Below are positions 7,254-15,866 of a DNA stretch of 33,269 nucleotides, one piece after another. The DNA comes from Nitrospirota bacterium (lineage in GTDB: Bacteria > Nitrospirota > UBA9217), in NCBI GenBank assembly GCA_029858565.1, contig JAOUEV010000041.1, positions 1 to 33,269 on the forward strand, given 5' to 3'. Position 1 is the stretch's first letter; every line of letters starts with the position of its first letter. Below the pieces are notes generated by a model. The model saw nothing but the letters and a program-made list of their open reading frames with translations. It was not told the origin of the DNA and searched no databases. A program made the position numbers and the translations under genes.

Positions 7254-10200
7254 ATGAAGACCTACCGTTTTGACGTTGTTATCATCGGCGCGGGGCCCGC
7301 GGGCGTTGCGGCAGCCGGCGCTCTTGCGGGCACCGGCATCTCCGTGGCGCTGATCGAAGCGGCTGCGTACGCGGGAGCAGAGAACTGGTCGGGCTGCGTG
7401 TACTTCACCGAGAGCCTTGCGGAGCGCGACTGCTTCGGACCGGCTGCTGTGCAGGATGCTCCTTATGAGCGCCAGGTGGTCCGGCGCGGGACGCTGGTGC
7501 ACAACGGCGTTGACGAGATCGGGCTGGCACTGACCGATCCGGCCGCCTTCCGCCACTGCTATACCGTGCTCCGGCCCCTGTACGATCCCTACTTCGCTGA
7601 CCTGGCCAGGCAAAAAGGGGCAATGCTCCTGACCGGGACCACGGTCACGTCGCTGGTGCGCAGGCACGGCCGCGTCATCGGCGTGGCCACGTCGCGCGGC
7701 ATTGTTCATGCTGATGTGGTGTTCCTTGCCGAGGGAGACGCCGCGCACCTGGTCCGCTCGGAGCGGATGGAGCGGGTGAAGGAACCCCATTACCTCCAGG
7801 GCGTCAAAGCGGTGCTGTCGCTTGCTCCGCAGGAGATCGAGGACCGCTTCGGCCTCAGGCCCGGAGAAGGCGCTGCTTATGAGATCCTTATCAGGAACGC
7901 CTCGATAGCAGGCAGGACCGCGAAGCTGAACGTGGGCGGTTTTCTGTACACCAATCGCGACAGCCTCTCGCTGGGCTACGTGGTGCCCCTGGACAACCTG
8001 AAGCGCTACTACCGCGGGGACCACAGCCTTCTGTTCGAATGGATGCGGTCCCTTCCGCACATCGCGGACCTGGCAGCAGGCGGACAACTCTCGGCCTACG
8101 GCACAAAGATCATCAGGAGCGGCGGATGGCGCGAGCGACCGGTGCTGGTCGAGGACGGCCTTTGCGTGGGCGGCGCGGCCACCGGGCTGGGCATCGACAT
8201 CCCCTTCCCGAACTTCACCGGGCCTGCTGCGGCATCGGGCCTTTATTTCGCCCGGGCGGTCAAGGCCCTGCTCAAGGACGGCAGGTCCTTTGACAAACGC
8301 AACCTGGACAATGCCTATCTCCGGCCGCTCCAGGCGAGCGTGTACGGCAGGAACGCGAAATATCTCTCCCGCTGGCCCTCCTACTTCAGCCGCTCGTCGG
8401 TCCTCTTTGGAAGGACCGCTGACATGGCCTGCGGCACAGCGCGCTTCCTGTCAGCAGGGAACTTCACGGACACGGCGCGGTTCCTGCGGGGCCACATCCT
8501 GTCCTTGCGCGGACAACGGGAGATCATCTTCGACAACCTGCGCGCCCTGACCAGCCTCAGGCTCTGGAAGCCCCTGGCCCTGACGCTCATGAACCCCGCA
8601 ACAGCAGGAAGCTGGATCATCAACCAGTTCAGGAGAATTCCTGATCACGACGCAAGGCTCAAGATCATTATCAATGTCGGTAATGCCAGGCCTGATGCAT
8701 CAGCCCTGGCCTGGCCTTTTAACAGCCTGGTCCGGCGCCTGTCCCCTGCGCTCGCGCAGGCACTGTCGCAGATCTACGGGAACAACAGCATCCCCATGGA
8801 GCAAAAGCTTGCCGCGGGAACAAGGATACTGCTCCGGGCGCTCAAACTGACCGACCTGGTCGTTCTGCCTGCCTGGGGTCTCGCGCTTACCGCGACATCG
8901 CTTGCCGCAGCCCTTTACGACGCCTTCCGCTATTATGTCCAAAAGATGCCGCTCGAGAAACTGCTTGCCGAGCCGGTCATGGCCTATGGCGCGGAGCAGC
9001 GCAAAGCGCGGGACCTTGACGCGATCAGGCCGGGAACAAGCCTGGAAGCCAAGCTCGCCTTGAACACCTCCCTGGTGGGCAGCCGTCCGCACATCAGGAC
9101 CCGCTGGCCCCGCTTTATCGCGCACCATGGCGAGAGCGCGCAGATCGGGCTGTGGTGGGTCTGCCCGGCCCGGGTCTACCACTATGACGCGCCGCTCATG
9201 GGCCGCGGCAAAGTGACTGTGAACTGGGAGAACTGCATCAAGTGCGAATCCTGCTGGCGCGCTGAACCGGGGTACACGCTCTGGGGCCGGTTCACGGACC
9301 ACGGCCTTGTGTACCGGCCCGAGAGCGGTGCCATGGAGGACCTGCTCCGGAACCTGGCGCAGCAGCGCGGCACCGCGCTTCCGGCGTTGCCCCGGGAGGA
9401 AGAGGAAAAGCTCTGGTACACGGGCACCCGGGACTCCGCAGCCATGGCCCCGGTGCTCTCAGCAATGGCCGCGTTCCGCGACGCCCTTGCGCGTGTTCCC
9501 GCGTCGATCGACCGGACCCGGTTCCGCTGGCCGCTCCTGCTGGGAGAACGGGTCTGCGAAAAGCTCCGCTCCCTTGAACAGGTGTTCATCGAAGAAGGCC
9601 GCAGGGACGCCGGGGCTGAGCTCAAGGCCGAAGGCGCTGCACTCTCCCTGCGGCTGGCAAAAGGCGAGCTCTTTCCCGCGCTCTACATAGTGGAACGGCT
9701 TGAATACCGCCTGGGCGCATGGTTCACCAGCTCACCGTCCCGCATCTCCATCCGTCCGGAAAAGGAAGCTGAAGATATTGCCCAGCCGGCAAAAGAGCTT
9801 GCAGTGCTCTTTCCCGACCGCATGGTCAAGGAGTGGGAAGAGCGGCCGCTGACCCCTGAGGAGACAGCATCGCTCCACCGGCTGCTTGCAACGCTGCAGC
9901 ATCCGGTCATGACAACTGTCCGCGCGCTCGCGGCAATAAGCCCCGCCCTGGCCCTGATCGCAAGCCGCCAGGCACGGGCCCTGCGCGTGCTCGCGGCAGC
10001 GAAGCGGAAGCCCTTTTCCGGAGCCTCCGTGCTTTCCGCGGCCGATCTCGCGATCACCCCGCGCGAAAACAGCATCTCCCTGTCCGGCACGATTGAGCTG
10101 GCGCCGCTTACCGGAGTAACCGCGCTGATCCTGGTCGCGGGAACAAAGGCCTATCACCTTCCGCTCTCCCATGCAGGCGTCATCGTGACGCCCACGCCTG

Positions 10201-13200
10201 CCATCGGCTTCCGCGCCGCAGGACTTTCCACCATCACCCTTGACAGCACCATCAGCGCTGACGCGGTCTTTGATCTTCCCGAGGGCCAGGACAGCGACGC
10301 ACAGGAGTACCTGGCCATCGCGCTCGGCGCAGCTGACTATCTCAGCCGCAGGGTGAGGGAGCACGCGGCCGGCCGGGTCCAGTTCAGCGGCCAGATGCTC
10401 GACACCGAGGGCCGCGACGGCATCGCAAAGCTCGGCGCGGTCAAGGCGCTCGTAGCACGCGTCGAAGCCTGGCGCCTGCTGCTGGAATCGCTTTACGCTG
10501 TTCACTCCGCACTCCGCACTCCGCACTCCGCACTTGACGCCCTCCTCGCCTCTCTCGCGGCCCAGGCCTTCAGCCCCGAGCCGGGAGCATTGGGCTATGA
10601 CGCTGGCCAGGTCTTCGGCGGCTTTGCCTATTCCGAGGACGACCTTCTGGCGCGATACTATCGCGACAGTTCGATCTTCCGTTTCCTCGCGCCCGGACAG
10701 GGATCAGCGGAACTTCTGCTGCGCGCGATCGGCTCCGAAGACCTGCGGACGTTCCTTCCTGCTGAACTGGGGTCCCTGGACCGGATCACGGGCAAGCCCC
10801 TGCTGGAGCTCGCTGAACAATGGAGCAGGACCGCAGCGTCCTTTGCCGCCCTGCGAAAACAGCACGGCTCCCTGGACCATTACTCAGCAGGCCAGGCAGC
10901 GGCCCTGCTCATCAGCATCAGGACCATGCTCAGCAGGATCGAGCGCGATATCGATTCGGGCATGGGCAGGGAGGCTGATGCAGCGGCAGCGGATGTGCTG
11001 CTCGGACTTGCCAATGACGCCCTCTCTCGCGCGGCCATTGCCGTTTCCCGCACAGCAGTGCCCCTTGCGGCGGTCTTTCCCCTGGCGCCGGCAGGCGCTC
11101 AGGTCCGGCTGGAGAGCGATTACGAGGCTTTCTGTTCCCGGCCCGCTCCGGCCCATCGTTCCGGAACGTACCTGCTTTCGCTCTTTGACCGTTCGGCCCG
11201 CTATGTTCCCGAGATGCAGCTCCACGATCCCCGGCTCCGGCAGCGCTGGGAGGAGCTTGCCTCGTGGTTCCAAAAGAACTGCGAGGAGCGGACCTTTGAG
11301 GGACGCTCCTTTGAACGGCAGGTGGAACATCTCCACAACCTGCCCCCGGACATCATCGAGGCGGTGAAGAAGAACCGCTGGCTCGCGGCCACGGTCCCTT
11401 CTTCGGAGGACGGCCTGGGTTGGCGCAAGGCGGAGTACTACATCCTGAACGCCGCAGCCGGAAGTTTCGGGGACGCGGGCATCTGCCTCCTCATCATGGC
11501 GAACACCAGCATCGGCACCACGCCGATCCTGCTCGGACTGGAAGAGGAGCTTCCCCGCGTGGCCGAGGAGCTGGAACCGCTGGTGCGCGAGCCCGGGCGG
11601 ATCGAGAAGATCCTGCGGGCCCTGGACCATATCGTCCGTTCCTTCGGGCATCCCGATCCCGGCCGCATACGAAAGGAATACGCCGCGGTCATGGCGCTCG
11701 TGGACCAGCGCATCCGGCGCACGCGGGTGGTCAAGTACCTGGCCGCGAACTTCCTCAAGGCCTTCTACGGCGCGGGTCTGGCCGGACAACGGGGCGACTT
11801 CGGCGGGTTCATGACGAACCTGGGCCGCGCGGCCGAGCTCGGCAGGTCCATCCTGCCGGACGTGCGCACCGCTTACGAGGAGATGCCCCGGCGCGAACGG
11901 TGCCACCGCTTCCATCTCAGGACCCTGGGCCACGGCGGCGTGGCAGCCTTTGCCCTGACCGAGCCGGCAGCAGGGTCCGACACCGGCGGCGTCAGGACCA
12001 CGGCCCGGCTCACCACAGCCATGCTCTCGCCCATGCCCGACGGCAGGTTCGCCTTCTCGCCCACCGGCGAGACCGGCAAGTGCGTTCGCTACCTTATTGA
12101 CGCAGACCAGGTGGTCTTCACCGCCGAAGGCATGGCCTACCGCACTCCCGGCGGCGGAACAGCGCTCATCAACCATGACAGCCTCAACAAGGTCAGGTTC
12201 TACAAGTATAACGACGGGGTCTGCGAGTTCCACGATATCGGCCAGGTGCGCAAGCTCGACATCGGCCTTGCCTACGAATACTACAGCCTCACGGGCTCGA
12301 AAATGTGGATCACCAACGGCGCCATCGCGACGCAGTTCAGCCTCTACGCGCAGACGCCCGAGGGCGTGACCGGGTTCATCGTGGACCGCTGCGCCGAAGG
12401 CCTGATCGTGGGAGCGGATGAGCGCAAGATGGGCCAGCGCGGATCGCCGACCAACGAACTGGCGCTGGACAGCGTCCGCGTTCCCCGTGAAGCAGTGATC
12501 GGCTATGAAGGCCACGGCCAGGTGAACGCCCTGGAGACCTTGAACGTGGGGCGCTGCGGTCTCGCGGTCGTTGCCGGCGCGATCGTGCGGAAAGTGCTGG
12601 CCGAGGCCGACAGGAACCTTCCCGCGTCAGCGGAGCGGGACGCGCTCCTGGGAGAGGCCGCGGCGATCCTCTTTGGAAGCGAATCCGTTGCCTACTACCT
12701 CATCGGCCTCTTTGACCGCGCCCATGAGTCGGTCAGGATCGAATCAGCGATCGCCAAGTATCTCTGCGCCGAGGACCTGCACGAGATCCTGTCGCTGGTC
12801 GAACGGGCCTACGGCCCCGCGGGCCAGACCGAGAGGTTCCTGCTTGAGAAGGCGCGGCGCGACAGCCGGATCCTGAACATCTACGAAGGCACCAATGAGG
12901 TGCAGCGCTTCCTCATCCTGAAGGACCTGATCGCCATGGCAGCGGACTGGCCCGAGCTGCCCGAGGCGCTGCATGAACGGCCTGACGATGACCATGCCCG
13001 TGTTCTCGGCCGTTGGAAGAACCGTGTGCGGGCCCATGTCCGGGACGTGAACGCGCGGTTCAAGGACACCGCCTGGATGGACGCCATGCTGCAGCCTGCG
13101 CTGTTCCTTCTGCCGGAAATGGCGGGAGAGGTGCTGCGGCTCGAATGCGTTCTTTTCCGCAGGGAGTGGCTCACTGCGCGGGTCGCGGCACTGGGAAAAA

Positions 13201-15122
13201 GCCATGTTGATCCCATGCTGGCTGCTGCGGACAGGGCAACGAGCCGCAGCCTGGCCCGGCTGGACCATCTTGATGCGACATTCCGTTCAGCCTGGGAACG
13301 GCTGTCTGTTGACCTGGTCACTTCCGCGATCACCGCAGCTGATGCAGCGATGCCCTTGGCGCCCGTCCCTGCCTCGGTTCCCGCGGTCCATGCTCCGGCA
13401 GGTAAGCTCCGTGTGCTCGTGCTGCTCAGGCCTGCTGCAGAGCTGTCGCCCCGTCCGCGCCTGCACAAGGGGGACTTCGCAGAACTTCTCTGGACCATCG
13501 ACCCCCTTGACCGCTCCGCCCTTGACCAGGCCTTTGCACTGAAGGAAGCCGCCGGGTCCCTGGTGACCGTCGATGTGCTGCTCCCCGGGACAGAACGTTC
13601 GGAAGATCTCCTGCAAGACCATGCGGGACAGGCAGATCGCCTGGTCCGCCTTGCAACGCCATACGCTGACCGCGCCATGCTTGCCCGGGCGATCAGACAC
13701 CTGGAAAAAAGCGGCGCCTACGATATCATCGCGCTGGGCGTTGAGAGCCGCGACGGGGACAGCACCTGCGCGCCCTTTCTTGCCAATGCTCTGAAGCGGC
13801 AGTATCACTCCCTTGCGGACCTGTCCGTGCTCAGCCGGACCGGCGGCGAGCTTCTCTCCCTGCCTGCGGTCGTGGCCCTTTGCCGCACAGCGGGAAAGCG
13901 TACTGCTGCAATCAATGAGCTCATCGATGCCCGCTCCACGTCAGTGGAGGTCCTGGGTCCTGCTGGTACGCCGTTGTCGATCCCCGGGTTCACCGTGCCC
14001 CGGGCTGCCGCGTCAGGCCGTCCGATCGCAGCGACCGTCAAAGCCGCAGCGGAAGTGCTTCGGGATTTTGCCGCAGCCAAGAGCTCGGAAACAGCGCCGC
14101 CCTACACCGGCGTTATTCCGCAGGGGCCGTTGCCTGCGGGGCCTTCTGCCTGGGCGATCATCGATCCCCTGTCCGGCCGCGCAGGAACCGCCGCGATGCG
14201 GGCGTGCCGCATGGCAGCCGCGCTCTTCGGACTCCCTGCTTACGTTTATATCGCTGCGCCGCAAGACCGCTGGCCCGGGCTTATCGGATCAGCACAAGCC
14301 TCGGGCGCGGACCAGGCCTTCTGTCTGGATACGGGATCAGGGACCCTGTCTGAAGAAGGAAAGGTCCAGGTCCTCGGCATGGTGAGCAGTGCCTCTGCCG
14401 GTTCCGCGATGGTCTTCAGCAGCGAGCCCTGGAGCGATGCCATGGCCTTGTGCGCGCGCGAGGACACCGTGCTCATGACCAACGCCACGGGAATGGAGCG
14501 GCTGGAACAGGGCGTCCTCGCGGTATCTTCACCCTGTTTCCAGGGCAGGCTGGTACGGACGGAACAGCTCGCGGACCGGGCGGCGTTCGTGACCCTGGGC
14601 AATGGAGCGGAACTGCCGGCGCCCCGGCCCGCGGAAGGATTCGCTGCATATGCGCTGGAAGGACCAGCGGCGCTCCACTGGACGACACCTCTTGCGCCGC
14701 CTGCCCCGCCGGCGCTTGCGACCGCTGAGGTGATCATCGACCTCGGCTACGGCGCCCGCGGCAAGGAAGGCTACGATCTGGCGCTGGAACTGAAGAAGGC
14801 GCTCGAGGACCTGGGACTGGAGCCTGTATTCGGAGCAACGCGCAAGGTCACCCAGGACCTGAAGCTTCTTCCCCTGGACGCGCAGATCGGCCAGACCGGC
14901 GTGCGCGTGGACCCGAAACTCATCATCGCACTTGGCATCTCCGGCGCGCCCCAGCATGTGGACTGGATCGGCGACCGCGCAGAGGTGCTGTGCTTCAACA
15001 AGGACCCCCAGGCGCCGCTCATGCTGCTGAACCAGAGCCGTCCGGGACCGCGGGTCCATCCCGTGGCAGGGGATCTGTTCACGACCGTGCCGGAGCTTAT
15101 TGCGCTGCTGAAAAAGAGGTAG
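7254..15122 (+). CDS. 2622-aa multidomain flavo-iron-sulfur protein: FixC/ETF-QO-like oxidoreductase + FixX-like ferredoxin + degenerate acyl-CoA dehydrogenase + acyl-CoA dehydrogenase + EtfB-like + EtfA-like
   Basis: VVIIGAGPAG, ENWSG, LAEG and GGFLYTNRDSLSLG (FixC); VCPARVY...NCIKCESC (FixX); GRVQF...AGQVFGGFAYSED...RYYRDS (ACAD C-terminal); AFALTEPAAGSD, GSKMWITNG, KMGQRGSPT and RILNIYEGTNEVQR (ACAD); LRVLVLLRP...IDPLDRSALDQA...LGVESRDGD (EtfB); AEVIIDLGYG, FGATRKV and QIGQTG...IALGISGAPQH (EtfA). Confidence 0.9.
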   Translation: MKTYRFDVVIIGAGPAGVAAAGALAGTGISVALIEAAAYAGAENWSGCVYFTESLAERDCFGPAAVQDAPYERQVVRRGTLVHNGVDEIGLALTDPAAFRHCYTVLRPLYDPYFADLARQKGAMLLTGTTVTSLVRRHGRVIGVATSRGIVHADVVFLAEGDAAHLVRSERMERVKEPHYLQGVKAVLSLAPQEIEDRFGLRPGEGAAYEILIRNASIAGRTAKLNVGGFLYTNRDSLSLGYVVPLDNLKRYYRGDHSLLFEWMRSLPHIADLAAGGQLSAYGTKIIRSGGWRERPVLVEDGLCVGGAATGLGIDIPFPNFTGPAAASGLYFARAVKALLKDGRSFDKRNLDNAYLRPLQASVYGRNAKYLSRWPSYFSRSSVLFGRTADMACGTARFLSAGNFTDTARFLRGHILSLRGQREIIFDNLRALTSLRLWKPLALTLMNPATAGSWIINQFRRIPDHDARLKIIINVGNARPDASALAWPFNSLVRRLSPALAQALSQIYGNNSIPMEQKLAAGTRILLRALKLTDLVVLPAWGLALTATSLAAALYDAFRYYVQKMPLEKLLAEPVMAYGAEQRKARDLDAIRPGTSLEAKLALNTSLVGSRPHIRTRWPRFIAHHGESAQIGLWWVCPARVYHYDAPLMGRGKVTVNWENCIKCESCWRAEPGYTLWGRFTDHGLVYRPESGAMEDLLRNLAQQRGTALPALPREEEEKLWYTGTRDSAAMAPVLSAMAAFRDALARVPASIDRTRFRWPLLLGERVCEKLRSLEQVFIEEGRRDAGAELKAEGAALSLRLAKGELFPALYIVERLEYRLGAWFTSSPSRISIRPEKEAEDIAQPAKELAVLFPDRMVKEWEERPLTPEETASLHRLLATLQHPVMTTVRALAAISPALALIASRQARALRVLAAAKRKPFSGASVLSAADLAITPRENSISLSGTIELAPLTGVTALILVAGTKAYHLPLSHAGVIVTPTPAIGFRAAGLSTITLDSTISADAVFDLPEGQDSDAQEYLAIALGAADYLSRRVREHAAGRVQFSGQMLDTEGRDGIAKLGAVKALVARVEAWRLLLESLYAVHSALRTPHSALDALLASLAAQAFSPEPGALGYDAGQVFGGFAYSEDDLLARYYRDSSIFRFLAPGQGSAELLLRAIGSEDLRTFLPAELGSLDRITGKPLLELAEQWSRTAASFAALRKQHGSLDHYSAGQAAALLISIRTMLSRIERDIDSGMGREADAAAADVLLGLANDALSRAAIAVSRTAVPLAAVFPLAPAGAQVRLESDYEAFCSRPAPAHRSGTYLLSLFDRSARYVPEMQLHDPRLRQRWEELASWFQKNCEERTFEGRSFERQVEHLHNLPPDIIEAVKKNRWLAATVPSSEDGLGWRKAEYYILNAAAGSFGDAGICLLIMANTSIGTTPILLGLEEELPRVAEELEPLVREPGRIEKILRALDHIVRSFGHPDPGRIRKEYAAVMALVDQRIRRTRVVKYLAANFLKAFYGAGLAGQRGDFGGFMTNLGRAAELGRSILPDVRTAYEEMPRRERCHRFHLRTLGHGGVAAFALTEPAAGSDTGGVRTTARLTTAMLSPMPDGRFAFSPTGETGKCVRYLIDADQVVFTAEGMAYRTPGGGTALINHDSLNKVRFYKYNDGVCEFHDIGQVRKLDIGLAYEYYSLTGSKMWITNGAIATQFSLYAQTPEGVTGFIVDRCAEGLIVGADERKMGQRGSPTNELALDSVRVPREAVIGYEGHGQVNALETLNVGRCGLAVVAGAIVRKVLAEADRNLPASAERDALLGEAAAILFGSESVAYYLIGLFDRAHESVRIESAIAKYLCAEDLHEILSLVERAYGPAGQTERFLLEKARRDSRILNIYEGTNEVQRFLILKDLIAMAADWPELPEALHERPDDDHARVLGRWKNRVRAHVRDVNARFKDTAWMDAMLQPALFLLPEMAGEVLRLECVLFRREWLTARVAALGKSHVDPMLAAADRATSRSLARLDHLDATFRSAWERLSVDLVTSAITAADAAMPLAPVPASVPAVHAPAGKLRVLVLLRPAAELSPRPRLHKGDFAELLWTIDPLDRSALDQAFALKEAAGSLVTVDVLLPGTERSEDLLQDHAGQADRLVRLATPYADRAMLARAIRHLEKSGAYDIIALGVESRDGDSTCAPFLANALKRQYHSLADLSVLSRTGGELLSLPAVVALCRTAGKRTAAINELIDARSTSVEVLGPAGTPLSIPGFTVPRAAASGRPIAATVKAAAEVLRDFAAAKSSETAPPYTGVIPQGPLPAGPSAWAIIDPLSGRAGTAAMRACRMAAALFGLPAYVYIAAPQDRWPGLIGSAQASGADQAFCLDTGSGTLSEEGKVQVLGMVSSASAGSAMVFSSEPWSDAMALCAREDTVLMTNATGMERLEQGVLAVSSPCFQGRLVRTEQLADRAAFVTLGNGAELPAPRPAEGFAAYALEGPAALHWTTPLAPPAPPALATAEVIIDLGYGARGKEGYDLALELKKALEDLGLEPVFGATRKVTQDLKLLPLDAQIGQTGVRVDPKLIIALGISGAPQHVDWIGDRAEVLCFNKDPQAPLMLLNQSRPGPRVHPVAGDLFTTVPELIALLKKR
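10503..10534 (+). repeat. CACTCCG heptamer tandem repeat inside the CDS
   Basis: Four full copies plus CACT, encoding HSALRTPHSAL. Confidence 0.9.
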
Positions 15123-15149
15123 GTCTGCGCAGGGGCGGAGCAGGCGGGA

Positions 15150-15578
15150 TCAGGAACTTCCTTTCACGAACTCGGCCATTTTCAGATCCATTTTCTTGAT
15201 ATGCCCCGTGAGCCAGTTCTCGAGCTTGTGCTCGACCTCGACCGCGAGAAAGGACGTCACCTCGCCCCGCTCGTCAAGGTCCCGCGCCTTTGCCGAGAAC
15301 TCCGCCACGACCTTGGCGAACTTTTCATGCTCCAGCCGATGGACCAGGATCCCGGGGTAATTGTGGGTACGCATGAGCCGCTCCTCTGCCTGGAAATGGT
15401 CCTGGACCCACCCCTGCAGGAACCGCAGCGTCTTCATCAGCTTGTCCCTTCCGCCCATCCCGTCGATCAGCGCCCTTCGCAGGCCGACCATGTGAAGAAA
15501 GAAGGCCTGATGCTGGTCATCCAGTTCGCTGATGCCGAGATTCAGTTCGTTCAGGACCCGTTGCTCTTCGTCTTCCAT
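15150..15578 (-). CDS. Bacteriohemerythrin
   Basis: LGISELDDQH, HFQAEERLM, YPGILVHRLEH and WLTGHIKKMD supply the di-iron His/Glu/Asp ligand set. Confidence 0.93.
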   Translation of the reverse strand: MEDEEQRVLNELNLGISELDDQHQAFFLHMVGLRRALIDGMGGRDKLMKTLRFLQGWVQDHFQAEERLMRTHNYPGILVHRLEHEKFAKVVAEFSAKARDLDERGEVTSFLAVEVEHKLENWLTGHIKKMDLKMAEFVKGSS

Positions 15579-15699
15579 GCTGATCCCCTTCCCCTTCTTT
15601 CTTTACCCTGCGGCGCACGGAGAAAAACAGGTCTGCGGGGGCCGGCACACCGCATGATCGTTCCTATCGCGCGTTCGGACCGTCTCCGGACTGCGGAGG

Positions 15700-15728
15700 A
15701 GAAAAGCCGGCCCCGGACGGGCCGGGCT
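15700..15728 (-). terminator. Intrinsic-terminator-like hairpin in the hemerythrin leader
   Basis: Minus strand AGCCCGGCCC-GTCC-GGGGCCGGC followed by TTTTCT. Confidence 0.5.
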
Positions 15729-15801
15729 CAGCAAGCAGTGATCGCTGTGGATTCACGGCGAACCAGGCAACCTTCCTGAACCGGCGGAAGGTCATGCCCT
15801 T

Positions 15802-15830
15802 AAGGTAGCAAAGCTGCGAAGACGTGTCAA
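15802..15830 (-). promoter_or_regulatory. Sigma70-type promoter
   Basis: Minus strand TTGACA, 17 bp, TACCTT, with a TG extension. Confidence 0.65.
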
Positions 15831-15866
15831 GGCGCGGGGGCTGAACAAGGAGGTTTTTTGACTGCT

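Noticed and set aside
7239-15082. Long antisense and alternate-frame ORFs over the giant gene (for example 10884-12515, minus strand)
   Set aside because: These are shadow ORFs expected from GC-rich codon bias, with no recognisable motifs. The same applies to 3448-4350, 5525-6691, 21064-22230, 28384-29328 and 31904-32824.
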